This document shows, piece after piece, positions 21,870-33,799 of a DNA stretch of 44,737 bases. The stretch is from Betaproteobacteria bacterium (GTDB lineage: Bacteria > Pseudomonadota > Gammaproteobacteria > Burkholderiales > SG8-41), in NCBI GenBank assembly GCA_016192835.1, contig JACPTJ010000360.1, forward strand, positions 1-44,737. The letters run 5' to 3'. A program made the translations under genes and the position numbers. The notes under the pieces were generated by a model, which saw nothing but the letters and a program-made list of their open reading frames with translations, ran no database searches and was not told the DNA's origin. How positions within the stretch are numbered: position 1 is the first letter of the stretch; the number at the start of each line of letters is the position of its first letter.

Positions 21870-23651
21870 ATGGCACTCACCGTTAACACACGCAGCGCGC
21901 CCAGCGCATCGATTGCCGCGCTGACCGGCGCCGGCCTGCAGCCGCTGCTGGCGCGCATTTACGCCGCGCGCGGCGTGACTTCGCCGCGGCAGCTCGCAAC
22001 CGACTTCGGCGGGCTCGTGCCGCTCGCCCGCATGCACAACCTCGAGCGCATGGCGACGCTGCTTGCCGACGCAATTGCGGCGCGCGAGCGGCTGCTGATC
22101 GTCGCCGACTATGACTCCGACGGCGCGACCGCATGCGCAATCGGCATGCGCGCGCTGCGCGAATTCGGCGCGCAAGTCGATTATCTGGTCCCCAACCGCT
22201 TCGAATACGGCTACGGGCTGACGCCCGAGATCGTCGATCTCGCCAAGACCCTGAAAAACCCTGACATCCTGATCACGGTTGATAACGGCATCGCGAGCGT
22301 CGACGGCGTCGCCGCCGCCAATCAACTCGGCATGCGCGTGCTGATCACCGATCATCACCTGCCCGGTGCAACGCTGCCGGACGCGCAGTGCATCATCAAT
22401 CCCAATCAGCCGGGATGCGGCTTTCCGAGCAAACACCTCGCCGGCGTCGGCGTGATGTTCTATCTGATGCTCGCGCTGCGCGCCGAGTTGCGCAAACGCG
22501 GCTGGTTTAGCGAACGCAATTCGCCCTCATCCCCAGCCCTTCTCCCGAAGGGAGAAGGGAGCGTCGTGCCGGCCGCTGGCCGGAGTAACAGGATGGAACC
22601 CAATCTCGGTGCATTGCTCGATCTGGTCGCGCTCGGCACTGTCGCCGACGTGGTGCGGCTCGACGACAATAACCGGATACTGGTGCAACAGGGCCTGCAG
22701 CGCATACGCGCCGGCAAAACCTGGCCCGGAATCGCCGCACTGATGAAGGTCGCCGGGCGTGATCCCGCCAGGGCATCGACCTACGACCTGGGATTTATGC
22801 TCGGCCCGCGGCTTAATGCCGCCGGCCGGCTCGACGACATGGCGGTCGGCATTGAATGCCTGATCAGCAATGACCCCGCCGCCGCCGAGCGTATCGCACG
22901 CGAGCTCGATCGATTGAACCGCGAACGCCGCTTGATCGAAGCCGGCATGCATGATCGCGCGCTGACAAAACTCGATCAACTCTCGCCGCAGGACAGCTAC
23001 AGCCTGTGCCTGTTCGACCCCGCCTGGCACCAGGGCGTGATCGGCATCCTGGCGTCGCGCCTCAAGGAGCGCTGGCATCGTCCGGTGATTGCGTTTGCGC
23101 ACGGCAGCGGCGGCGAGATCAAAGGCTCGGGCCGCTCGATCAGCGCGCTGCATTTGCGCGACGCGCTCGACCTGGTGTCGAAGCGCGAGCCGGGCCTGCT
23201 GCTCAAGTTCGGCGGGCATGCGGCGGCAGCCGGGCTGACGCTGCGCGCAGCCGACTTCGAGCGCTTCAGCGCCGCGTTCGAAGCTGCTGCCCAAGCGCTG
23301 CTCACGCCGGCCGACCTCGCACGCAGCATCGAAACCGACGGTGCGCTGCCCGCCGGGAATCTGACTCTCGAGACAGCGCGGCTGCTCGAACAGCAGGTGT
23401 GGGGACAGGGTTTTCCGGCGCCGACGTTTGATGACGAGTTCGGCGTCGTGCAGCAGCGCATAGTCGGCGAACGCCACCTCAAGCTGCGTCTCGCCAGAGA
23501 CGGCGCCGAATATGAAGCGATGCTGTTCTCCCACACCGCACCGCTGCCAGCACGCGTGCGCGCGGTCTACCGTCTTGGCGTCAACGAATATAACGGCGCC
23601 CAGAAGCTGCAGATCACCATCGAGCACTGGGAAGAAGTCGTGAAGGAGTGA
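21870..23651 (+). CDS. recJ: ssDNA-specific exonuclease RecJ, with an in-frame repeat-derived insertion
   Basis: DYDSDGAT, PNRFEYGYGL, ITVDNGI, TDHH, LVALGTVADVV, GPRLNAAGRL, FGGHAAAAG. Confidence 0.97.
   Translation: MALTVNTRSAPSASIAALTGAGLQPLLARIYAARGVTSPRQLATDFGGLVPLARMHNLERMATLLADAIAARERLLIVADYDSDGATACAIGMRALREFGAQVDYLVPNRFEYGYGLTPEIVDLAKTLKNPDILITVDNGIASVDGVAAANQLGMRVLITDHHLPGATLPDAQCIINPNQPGCGFPSKHLAGVGVMFYLMLALRAELRKRGWFSERNSPSSPALLPKGEGSVVPAAGRSNRMEPNLGALLDLVALGTVADVVRLDDNNRILVQQGLQRIRAGKTWPGIAALMKVAGRDPARASTYDLGFMLGPRLNAAGRLDDMAVGIECLISNDPAAAERIARELDRLNRERRLIEAGMHDRALTKLDQLSPQDSYSLCLFDPAWHQGVIGILASRLKERWHRPVIAFAHGSGGEIKGSGRSISALHLRDALDLVSKREPGLLLKFGGHAAAAGLTLRAADFERFSAAFEAAAQALLTPADLARSIETDGALPAGNLTLETARLLEQQVWGQGFPAPTFDDEFGVVQQRIVGERHLKLRLARDGAEYEAMLFSHTAPLPARVRAVYRLGVNEYNGAQKLQITIEHWEEVVKE
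22524..22569 (+). repeat. CCCTC...GAGGG palindromic repeat, copy inside recJ coding sequence
   Basis: CCCTCATCCCCAG-CCCTTCTCCC-GAA-GGGAGAAGGG-AGCGTCGTGC; 40/46 identical to 25024-25069. Confidence 0.9.
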
Positions 23652-23668
23652 ACGGGTGAATGAGTGAA
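23637..23668 (+). repeat. Octamer tandem repeat, left arm (NNNGTGAA x4)
   Basis: GTCGTGAA GGAGTGAA CGGGTGAA TGAGTGAA; contains the recJ TGA stop. Confidence 0.8.
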
Positions 23669-23671
23669 CCC

Positions 23672-23711
23672 CCCTCACCCTAGCCCTCTCCCCCGGTGAC
23701 GGGGGAGAGGG
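23672..23711 (+). repeat. CCCTC...GAGGG palindromic repeat copy
   Basis: CCCTCACCCTAG-CCCTCTCCCCCG-GTGA-CGGGGGAGAGGG; perfect 12-bp stem. Confidence 0.9.
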
Positions 23712-23715
23712 AACC

Positions 23716-23811
23716 TTCACTCCTTCACTCATTCACTCCTTCACTCCTTCACTCCTTCACTCCTTCACTCCTTCACTCCTTCACTCATTCACTCGTTCAT
23801 TCGTTCACTCA
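23716..23811 (+). repeat. Octamer tandem repeat, right arm (TTCACTCN x12)
   Basis: 12 consecutive units: seven TTCACTCC, three TTCACTCA, one TTCACTCG, one TTCATTCG; reverse complement of the left-arm unit. Confidence 0.95.
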
Positions 23812-23861
23812 GAATCGGTGCGGCGTCCTGTATAATCGCTGTTTTTGATGGCAGTCCCACA

Positions 23862-24966
23862 ATGGAAGCAGAACAACTCAACGCCATAGCACGGCGGCTG
23901 CAGGACCTGGGCCAGCGCAACGCCGAGCTGCGGAGGTATCTTTGACTTCGAGGCAAAGCAAAGGCGCCTCGCCGAAGTCGTCAAACTAGCCGAAGATCCG
24001 TCGATCTGGAGCGACGGCAAACGCGCCCAGGAACTGGGGCGCGAGCGCAAAACGCTCGAAGCGCTGGTCGTCGCGATGGCGAAGCTCGACCGGGACCTGC
24101 GCGATGCGGCGGAATTCTTCGCGATGGCGCGCGCCGAGAATGACGACGCGTCGCTCAAGGTCATGGAGGCCGACGCGCACGCGCTCGAGAAAACCGTCGC
24201 CGACATGGAATTCCGGCGCATGTTTTCAAATCCGATGGACCCGAACAGCTGTTTCGTGGATATCCAGGCCGGCTCCGGCGGCACCGAGGCGCAGGACTGG
24301 GCGCAGATGCTGGAGCGCATGTATTTGCGCTACTGCGAACGCAAAGGTTTCCGCGTCGAGCTGCTCGAGGAGTCCGCGGGCGAAGTCGCGGGCCTCAAGA
24401 GCGCATCCCTCAAGGTGATCGGCGATTACGCCTACGGCCATCTGCGCACCGAGTCCGGCATCCACCGCCTGGTGCGCAAGTCGCCGTTCGATTCCAACAA
24501 CCGGCGTCATACTTCATTCGCGAGCGTATTCGTCTATCCCGAAGTCGATGAGACCATCGCGATTGCAATCAATCCAGCTGATCTGCGCATCGACACCTTT
24601 CGCGCCTCCGGCGCGGGCGGCCAGCACGTCAACAAGACCGATTCGGCAATCCGCATTACCCATGCGCCGACCGGCATCGTCGTGCAATGCCAGAACGACC
24701 GCTCGCAGCACCGCAACCGCGCCGAAGCGATGGCGATGCTGAAAGCGCGCCTGTACGAACTCGAGCTCAGGAAGCGCACCGAGGAAAAACAGGCGATGGA
24801 GGACTCCAAGAGCGACATCGGCTGGGGTCACCAGATCCGGTCCTATGTGCTCGACCAGTCGCGCATCAAGGATCTGCGCACCAACGTCGAAATCGGCAAC
24901 ACGCAGGCGGTGCTGGACGGCGATCTGGATGATTTCATCACCGCCAGTCTCAAGCAGGACGTATGA
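23862..24966 (+). CDS. prfB: Peptide chain release factor 2, programmed +1 frameshift at CTT-TGA-C (23940-23946)
   Basis: [27 protein letters not shown], then CGGAGGTATCTTTGAC; +1 frame continues DFEAK...; SPF and GGQ motifs; 367 aa in total. Confidence 0.97.
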
Positions 24967-25023
24967 CGGCGCGCTAGCGCCGCAACTTATCGAGCTTCAC
25001 ATACCTATGCAACGTCGCTCGAT

Positions 25024-25069
25024 CCCTCACCCCCAACCCCTCTCCCGGAGGGCGAGGGGAGCGTCGTGC
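25024..25069 (+). repeat. CCCTC...GAGGG palindromic repeat copy between prfB and lysS
   Basis: CCCTCACCCCCAA-CCCCTCTCCC-GGA-GGGCGAGGGG-AGCGTCGTGC. Confidence 0.9.
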
Positions 25070-25115
25070 GAAACCGGGCTGTCGTCCGGTTTCGTGATTA
25101 CCGATAGGATGGACC

Positions 25116-26618
25116 ATGGACGACAAGAACGCGCCGCCGCAGCCTGACGACAATCAGATCATCGCCGAGCGGCGCGCCAAGCTGAAAGCGCTGCGCGAGA
25201 AAGGCATTGCGTTTCCCAATAAATTCCAGCGCACCGATTTTGCCGCCGATCTGATGGAAAAACACGAGGACCGCGACCGCGACTCCCTCGATCTGAATCC
25301 GGTCGTCGTCAAAGTCGCCGGGCGCATGATGCTCAAGCGGGTGATGGGCAAAGCGAGCTTCGCGACCATTCAGGACATGAGCGGCAGCATCCAGCTCTAC
25401 CTGACCGACAGCTATCCCGGCAAGGAACAGCACGGCGCGTTCAAGCACTATGACAGCGGCGATATCATCGGTGCCGAGGGCGTATTGTTCAAGACGCAGA
25501 AAGGCGAGCTCACGGTGCGTGTGAAAGAGCTCCACCTGCTGACCAAATCGCTGCGGCCGCTGCCGGAGAAGTTTCATGGTCTGACGGATCAGGAAAGCCG
25601 CTACCGCCAGCGCTACCTCGACCTGATCGCCAACGAAGACACGCGGCTCACGTTCGTGCTGCGCTCGCGGATTGTGCAAGGCGTGCGCGAATACCTGCTG
25701 AACCGCCGCTTCCTGGAGGTTGAAACGCCGATGATGCAGCCGATTCCAGGCGGCGCGTCCGCCCGCCCGTTTGTCACGCATCACAATGCGCTGGACATGA
25801 AGCTGTACCTGCGCATTGCGCCCGAGCTGTACCTCAAGCGGCTGGTGATCGGCGGTTTCGAAAAAGTGTTCGAGCTCAACCGCAATTTCCGCAACGAAGG
25901 CATTTCGACCCGCCACAATCCCGAGTTCACCATGATCGAGCTGTACGTTGCGTACCGCGACTATCGTTACATGATGGCGCTGCTGCAGCAATTGATCGGC
26001 GACGTCGCGCAAGCCGTGTGCGGCACGCGCACGATTACCTACCAGGGCCGTGAAATCGATCTCGAAAAACCGTTTGCGCGGCTCACCATACCGGAAGCGA
26101 TCAGGCAATTTCATCCCGAAATACCGGAGGAGCTGCTGAACAGCCGTGACGCGCTGATCGGCAAGCTCAAGGAACTCAACGTCCCCTACCGCGAGCAGGA
26201 CGGAATCGGCGGGCTGCAGCTGACGTTATTTGAAAACACCACCGAGTCCGAGCTGTTTCAGCCGACCTACATCATCAACTATCCGGCCGAAGTGTCGCCG
26301 CTGGCACGCCGCAGCGACGCGGACCCGAATCTCGCCGAGCGCTTCGAGCTCTATATCGCAGGACGCGAAATCGCCAACGGCTTTTCCGAGCTCAACGACC
26401 CCGAGGACCAGGCCGCGCGCTTCCAGGAGCAGGCGAGGCAGAAGGACGCCGGCGACGAGGAAGCGATGCATTACGACGCCGATTACATCCGCGCGCTCGA
26501 GTACGGGCTGCCCCCGGCCGCCGGTGCCGGCATCGGCATCGACCGGCTCGTCATGCTCCTGACCGACAGCCCCAGCATCCGGGATGTGATCCTTTTCCCG
26601 CAAATGCGTCCCGAATGA
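25116..26618 (+). CDS. lysS: Lysine--tRNA ligase (class II)
   Basis: [50 protein letters not shown]. Confidence 0.98.
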   Translation: MDDKNAPPQPDDNQIIAERRAKLKALREKGIAFPNKFQRTDFAADLMEKHEDRDRDSLDLNPVVVKVAGRMMLKRVMGKASFATIQDMSGSIQLYLTDSYPGKEQHGAFKHYDSGDIIGAEGVLFKTQKGELTVRVKELHLLTKSLRPLPEKFHGLTDQESRYRQRYLDLIANEDTRLTFVLRSRIVQGVREYLLNRRFLEVETPMMQPIPGGASARPFVTHHNALDMKLYLRIAPELYLKRLVIGGFEKVFELNRNFRNEGISTRHNPEFTMIELYVAYRDYRYMMALLQQLIGDVAQAVCGTRTITYQGREIDLEKPFARLTIPEAIRQFHPEIPEELLNSRDALIGKLKELNVPYREQDGIGGLQLTLFENTTESELFQPTYIINYPAEVSPLARRSDADPNLAERFELYIAGREIANGFSELNDPEDQAARFQEQARQKDAGDEEAMHYDADYIRALEYGLPPAAGAGIGIDRLVMLLTDSPSIRDVILFPQMRPE

Positions 26619-26638
26619 CTTACGGTTCCCGAGCCGCC

Positions 26639-28605
<1,967 letters not shown>

Positions 28606-28615
28606 AAAAGCGGCG

Positions 28616-29413
28616 CTAATAGCTCCAGTTCCAGAACTGCCACCAGGGCTTGCCATCCCCGGCTTGGCCGGTCAGGTACTTGCTCTTGGGAAAATTGGCT
28701 TTTATCACCCGCTCGGCGTCGTTGCGCAGGTCGGTCATGCCGAGCTTGTCGTAAGCCTGGACGAGAATCAGCAATCCCTCTTCGTTGGCGGGAGCCTGCG
28801 GGTAATTCTTGAGCGCGTATTGGGCCCGGTTCGCGGCCGCAACGAAAGCGCTGCGTTTCATGTAATAACGCGCGACATTTACCTCATGCGACGCCAGCGT
28901 GTTGACCAGGTAATTCATGCGCTGGACCGAATCCGGCGTGTATTTGCTTTTCGGAAAGCGCGTCACCAGGTCCTTGAACGCCTGGAATGCCTCGCGCAAC
29001 GCTTTCGGATCGCGCTCGGTCATGTCCTGGCCGGCATACGCGCCGAGGATCCCCAAATCGTCGTTGAAACTGGCGAGCCCCCTCAGGTAATAAGCGTAAT
29101 CGACGCTGGGATGGTTGGGATGCAGCTTGATGAAGCGGTCCGCAGCCGCGATTGCCGAAGCAACGTCCTTGTCCTTGTAATAGGCGTACGCGATTTCAAG
29201 CTGCGCCTGCTGCGCGTAGCGGCCGTATGGATAGCGCGATTCCAGTTTTTCGTAGAGCTTGATCGCTTTTTCGTAGTTGCTGCCGGCGAGCTCGCTTTTC
29301 GCTTCGGAATACAACTTACTCGCCGACCAGCCTTTGGTTTCGTCGATTTGTTCCGGAAGCAACCCGCACGCCGACAGGCACAGGGCAAGAAATAACGCTA
29401 AACTTAATCGCAT
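28616..29413 (-). CDS. bamD: Outer membrane protein assembly factor BamD (lipoprotein)
   Basis: Start MRLSLALFLALCLSAC (lipobox) at 29413; YPYGRYAQQAQLEIAYAYYK, HPNHPSVDYAYYLRGL, AAANRA. Confidence 0.96.
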   Translation of the reverse strand: MRLSLALFLALCLSACGLLPEQIDETKGWSASKLYSEAKSELAGSNYEKAIKLYEKLESRYPYGRYAQQAQLEIAYAYYKDKDVASAIAAADRFIKLHPNHPSVDYAYYLRGLASFNDDLGILGAYAGQDMTERDPKALREAFQAFKDLVTRFPKSKYTPDSVQRMNYLVNTLASHEVNVARYYMKRSAFVAAANRAQYALKNYPQAPANEEGLLILVQAYDKLGMTDLRNDAERVIKANFPKSKYLTGQAGDGKPWWQFWNWSY

Positions 29414-29415
29414 AA

Positions 29416-30396
29416 ATGGGTCCCGCGGAAAAAACACAAAATTATAACGCAACCAGCGCATTACCGGCACCGGTCGAATTGACCGTGTCGCCGGACTGCG
29501 CGGGTCAACGGTTGGACCAGGCGCTGTCGCGTTTGTTACCGGAATTTTCCCGCAGCCGGCTCGCGCACTGGATCCGCACCCGGCGCGTCGAGCTCGACGG
29601 ACGTCCCGCACTGCCCAAGGCCAAGGTGTGGGGCGGTGAGAAAGTCCTGCTCTATCCCCTACCCGACCCGGCAGCGACCGCGGCCGCGCCGGAGGACATA
29701 GCGCTCGATATCGTTCACGAAGATGCGGCGCTCCTGGTGATCGCCAAGCCCGCCGGCCTGGTCGTGCACCCCGGCAGCGGTAATTGGAGCGGCACGCTGT
29801 TGAATGCGTTGCTCGCGCACGCGCCGCAGCTCGCGAGCCTGCCGCGCGCAGGTATCGTGCATCGTCTCGACAAAAACACCAGTGGCCTGCTGGTCGTCGC
29901 GAAAACGCTTCCCGCCCAGACCAGTCTGGTGCGCCAGCTGCAGGCGCATACCGTCAGGCGCGAGTACCTGGCGCTGGTGCACGGCCGCGTTGCGCGCGAC
30001 GGCAAGGTCGAGGCGCCGATCGGCCGCCACCCGGTGCAACGCACGCGCATGGCAGTTGTCGCGCGCGGTAAACCTGCCGTCACCCGCTACCAGGTACTGG
30101 AACGCTACCTGAACGCGACGCTCCTTCGCTGCCGGCTCGAAACCGGGCGCACGCACCAGATCCGCGTGCACCTGCAATCGCTCGGCCACCCATTGGTCGG
30201 CGATCCGGTCTATGGCAGGAACCGGAAGAGCGCCGATGCCGTGCTGGCTGGGTTTGCGCGTCAGGCGCTGCACGCCGAGCGGCTCGAATTCCTGCATCCT
30301 GCCAGCGGCGAGACAGTAGCGTGGCAGGCGCCACTGCCGGCGGACATGCACGCCCTGATTGCCGCATTGCGAGCGCAATCGGTAGTGACGGCGTGA
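29416..30396 (+). CDS. rluD: 23S rRNA pseudouridine(1911/1915/1917) synthase
   Basis: S4 domain RLDQAL, KPAGLVVHPG, RAGIVHRLDKNTSGL, LETGRTHQIRVH, RQALHA; divergent from bamD. Confidence 0.95.
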   Translation: MGPAEKTQNYNATSALPAPVELTVSPDCAGQRLDQALSRLLPEFSRSRLAHWIRTRRVELDGRPALPKAKVWGGEKVLLYPLPDPAATAAAPEDIALDIVHEDAALLVIAKPAGLVVHPGSGNWSGTLLNALLAHAPQLASLPRAGIVHRLDKNTSGLLVVAKTLPAQTSLVRQLQAHTVRREYLALVHGRVARDGKVEAPIGRHPVQRTRMAVVARGKPAVTRYQVLERYLNATLLRCRLETGRTHQIRVHLQSLGHPLVGDPVYGRNRKSADAVLAGFARQALHAERLEFLHPASGETVAWQAPLPADMHALIAALRAQSVVTA

Positions 30397-31148
30397 AAGC
30401 TCCCTACGACTGGATCGTTCCCGACTGGCCTGCGCCGCCCGGCGTAAAAAGCCTGATTACGACCCGTAACGGCGGAGTCAGCTCCGGCGCCTATGCCAGC
30501 TTCAACCTGGGTCTGCGCACAGGCGACAACGAGGCAACGGTGCACGCCAACCGGCAGCTGCTGCGCGCATGGCTGCCGCAGGAACCCAAATGGCTGCGCC
30601 AGGTGCACGGTGCGAAGGTGGTCGTCGCCGATGGTCTGGCCGGGATCCCTGAGGCGGACGCCAGCATCGCGCGTAACGCCGGGACCGTATGCGCGGTCAT
30701 GATCGCCGACTGCATGCCGGTGCTGCTGTGCGACGAGTCCGGCAGCGTTGTCGGAATTGCTCACGCCGGCTGGCGCGGCTTGAGTTCGGGAGTCATCGAA
30801 AACGCAGTGCGTGAAACAGGTGTCGCGCCGGGCGAACTGCTCGCGTGGCTCGGCCCCGCGATCGGCCCCGACGCGTTTGAGGTCGGCAGCGACGTGCGGG
30901 AAGCGTTTCTCACCGCGGATCCCGCAGCGGCTGAGGCATTCAAGCCCTACCGCGCAGGCAAGTGGCTTGCCGACCTGTTCAAACTCGCGCGCCAGCGTCT
31001 CGCGCGCTGCGGCGTGCAGCAGGTGTTCGGCGGCGGATTTTGCACCCACCGCGATGCCGCACGTTTTTATTCCTACCGCCGCGACCCAGTGACGGGCCGC
31101 ATGGCCGCGCTGATCTGGCTCGATCCCGATCGGGCGCACCCGGAATAA
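30393..31148 (+). CDS. pgeF: Peptidoglycan editing factor PgeF (YfiH laccase-domain family)
   Basis: GTG 30393 overlaps the rluD stop; TTRNGGVS, WLRQVHG, ADCMPVL, HAGWRGL, GPAIG, FYSYRR..TGRM. Confidence 0.93.
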   Translation: MKAPYDWIVPDWPAPPGVKSLITTRNGGVSSGAYASFNLGLRTGDNEATVHANRQLLRAWLPQEPKWLRQVHGAKVVVADGLAGIPEADASIARNAGTVCAVMIADCMPVLLCDESGSVVGIAHAGWRGLSSGVIENAVRETGVAPGELLAWLGPAIGPDAFEVGSDVREAFLTADPAAAEAFKPYRAGKWLADLFKLARQRLARCGVQQVFGGGFCTHRDAARFYSYRRDPVTGRMAALIWLDPDRAHPE

Positions 31149-31210
31149 CGGTGCGGGCTTGACACGTCATTTATAATGCCCGATTTAGTCTCTCTGGTTT
31201 TCCTCCACCC

Positions 31211-31978
31211 ATGCCGGTATTAGCCTGGATCATCGTTGCCAGCGTAGTTGGCGGCGTGTTGAGCGTCGTTGCCGCCGCTGCGTTCGCCTTCAACGCGCGT
31301 ACTGCGCACGTGCCGATTCTGATCAGTTACGCAGTCGGCGCTCTGCTCGGCGCGGTATTTCTCGACATCCTGCCGCATGCGTTCGGCATGGCTGACAGCA
31401 TCGAGCAGATCGCGGCGACCATCCTCATCGGCATCTTGCTGTTCTTCGTCCTCGAGAAGCTGGTGCTGTGGCGCCACTGCCACGAAGACCAGTGCGAGGC
31501 GCACGAAGCGCAACCGGCGCAGCACGATCACGGCCGCAGCGGCATGATGATCATGATTGGAGACACCTTCCACAACTTCGTCGACGGCATTCTGATCGCG
31601 GCGGCCTTTCTCGCCGACGTGCAGCTGGGGTTGGTGACTGCGATCGCGATCATCGCGCACGAAGTGCCGCAGGAAGTCGGCGACTTCCTGGTGCTGCTGC
31701 ATTCCGGCTTCAGCAAGCGGTACGCGCTCGCGCTCAACGTGCTGTCGAGCCTGGCGATGATGGTGGGCGGCGTGCTCGCCTACTTCGCGCTGCAAACCAT
31801 GCAGCAGTGGATACCGCCGCTGCTGGCGCTCGCCGCCGCGAGCATGATCTACGTTGCGGTCGCGGATCTCATCCCCGGCCTGCATCGCCGTCCGGAAATC
31901 CGCGCCACCGTGCAGCAGGTCGCGCTGATCGCCACCGGGATCGGCACGATCTGGGGCGTCGGCGTGCTGCTGCATTGA
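31211..31978 (+). CDS. ZIP-family divalent metal transporter
   Basis: His-rich loop WRHCH...HDH; GDTFHNFVDG, AHEVPQEVGDF, IYVAVADLIP. Confidence 0.93.
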   Translation: MPVLAWIIVASVVGGVLSVVAAAAFAFNARTAHVPILISYAVGALLGAVFLDILPHAFGMADSIEQIAATILIGILLFFVLEKLVLWRHCHEDQCEAHEAQPAQHDHGRSGMMIMIGDTFHNFVDGILIAAAFLADVQLGLVTAIAIIAHEVPQEVGDFLVLLHSGFSKRYALALNVLSSLAMMVGGVLAYFALQTMQQWIPPLLALAAASMIYVAVADLIPGLHRRPEIRATVQQVALIATGIGTIWGVGVLLH

Positions 31979-31981
31979 CCG

Positions 31982-33736
31982 ATGAATTCGCCGCCCCGGC
32001 CGATGCAGGCGATGTATGAAGATCTGGACCTCGCCAGCCGCAAATTCGCCGAGGATGTGCTCGGTTCGCTGTCAGCCGGGCAACGGCTCGAAAGCGCGGA
32101 GGCTTGGCAGGCGCTGGCGGCGGATCTCGCGCAGGACAGCGAGCGCTGGGCTGCGCTGCAGCAGCGCTATTACCAGCGCCATCTCGAGCTATGGACAGCC
32201 ATTGTCGCGCGCGCGGACGCGGCAGGTTCCACCGCGGCCCGGCCGGCGCCGGTCGCGGTGCCCGACCATGGAGACCGGCGCTTTCAATCGCCGGAATGGC
32301 AAGAGCTGCCGTTTTTCGATTATTTGAAGCAGGCCTACCTGCTCAACTCGCGCTGGCTGACTGAAGTCGTCGAGGCCGCGCGACTTGACGCGCCGGTCAA
32401 ACGCAAACTGCGCTTTATCACGCGCCAGCTGGTGGACGCCGCAGCGCCCACCAACTTCCCGGCGACCAATCCTGACGTCCTGAAACTCGCCTCCGAGACG
32501 CGTGGCGAAAGCCTGCTGCGTGGCCTCGAAAACCTGAACGAAGATCGCAGGAAAGGCCGCATCTCGACGACCGATGAATCAGCATTCGAAGTCGGCCGCA
32601 ACATCGCGGTGACGCCCGGCGCGGTGGTTTACGAAAACGAGCTGATGCAGCTGCTCCAGTATCGCCCGGCCACCGATTCCGTCCACGCGCGGCCGCTGGT
32701 GATGGTCCCGCCGTGCATCAACAAATACTACATCCTCGACCTGCAGCCGGAAAATTCGTTCGTGCGCTATGCGGTCGCGCAGGGACACACCGTATTCATG
32801 GTGTCGTGGCACAACGTGTCAGCGGACATGGGGAGTATCACCTGGGATCAATATCTCGAACAAGGCGTGATCAGGGCGCTCGAGGTTGCCCGCGCAATCT
32901 GCGGCGTCAGGCAGGTCAATGCGCTCGGCTTTTGCGTCGGCGGCACGCTGCTCGCCGCCGCGCTCGCGGTGCTGCGCGCGAAACGGCGCAACCTCGCGGC
33001 GAGCGTTACTTACCTCACCACGATGCTCGACTTCAGCGATGCCGGGGATATTTCGGTATACATCGACGAAGCTTACGTATCCCGGCGTGAAAAGGATTTC
33101 GCGCAAGGCGGCGTGCTCCACGGCCAGGAACTCGCGCTCACTTTTTCCAGCCTGCGACCCAACGATCTGATCTGGAATTACGTCGTCAACAACTACCTCA
33201 AGGGACGCAAACCGGAGGCCTTCGATCTGCTCTACTGGAACAGCGACAGCACCAACCTCCCCGGGGCGATGTTCGTCTATTACGTGCGCAACACCTATCT
33301 GGAGAACAACCTGTGCGTCCCGGGCCGGCTGACCAACTGCGGCGTCAAGGTGGATCTGTCGAAAATCAGGCTGCCCACTTTCGTCCTCGCCTCGCGGGAG
33401 GACCACATCGTGCCCTGGAAGAGCGCCTACCAGACCACGCAACTGGTCGGCGGCAAAATCGAGTTCGTGCTGGCCGCCAGCGGGCACATCGCGGGCGTGG
33501 TCAATCCGCCGTCGCAAAACCGCCGGCATTACTGGCTCAATCCGGCTTTGCCGCCGGATCCTGATGCGTGGCTCGCCGGCGCGCGCGAGCATCCCGGCAG
33601 CTGGTGGAGCCGGTGGAGCGAATGGCTGGCCGGATACGGCGGTGGCAGCGCCGCCGCGCGCCCTGAGTTGGGCAGCGCACGCTATCCGGCAATCGAGCCG
33701 GCGCCCGGGCGTTACGTAAAACAGCGCTGCGATTGA
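31982..33736 (+). CDS. phaC: Class I polyhydroxyalkanoate synthase
   Basis: DRRF, PTNFPATNP, TPGAVVYEN, PPCINKYYILDL, lipase box GFCVGG, DHIVPW, SGHIAGVVNPP, APGRYV. Confidence 0.96.
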   Translation: MNSPPRPMQAMYEDLDLASRKFAEDVLGSLSAGQRLESAEAWQALAADLAQDSERWAALQQRYYQRHLELWTAIVARADAAGSTAARPAPVAVPDHGDRRFQSPEWQELPFFDYLKQAYLLNSRWLTEVVEAARLDAPVKRKLRFITRQLVDAAAPTNFPATNPDVLKLASETRGESLLRGLENLNEDRRKGRISTTDESAFEVGRNIAVTPGAVVYENELMQLLQYRPATDSVHARPLVMVPPCINKYYILDLQPENSFVRYAVAQGHTVFMVSWHNVSADMGSITWDQYLEQGVIRALEVARAICGVRQVNALGFCVGGTLLAAALAVLRAKRRNLAASVTYLTTMLDFSDAGDISVYIDEAYVSRREKDFAQGGVLHGQELALTFSSLRPNDLIWNYVVNNYLKGRKPEAFDLLYWNSDSTNLPGAMFVYYVRNTYLENNLCVPGRLTNCGVKVDLSKIRLPTFVLASREDHIVPWKSAYQTTQLVGGKIEFVLAASGHIAGVVNPPSQNRRHYWLNPALPPDPDAWLAGAREHPGSWWSRWSEWLAGYGGGSAAARPELGSARYPAIEPAPGRYVKQRCD

Positions 33737-33799
33737 TCGAGACATGGCGTTGAGACTTCGTGTTAATCTGAATCGGTTTCTTGCAGAGGAGGACAAACA

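Noticed and set aside
23716-23811. Possible CRISPR array
   Set aside because: Contiguous 8-bp units without unique spacers; no cas genes in the window.
29413-29446. bamD and rluD start codons only 2 bp apart
   Set aside because: Tight divergent bamD-rluD packing is a common conserved arrangement, and the rluD start is uncertain.
31159-31177. Perfect TTGACA and TATAAT upstream of the ZIP gene
   Set aside because: Spacer is only 7 bp, incompatible with one sigma70 promoter; the TATAAT alone may still be functional.
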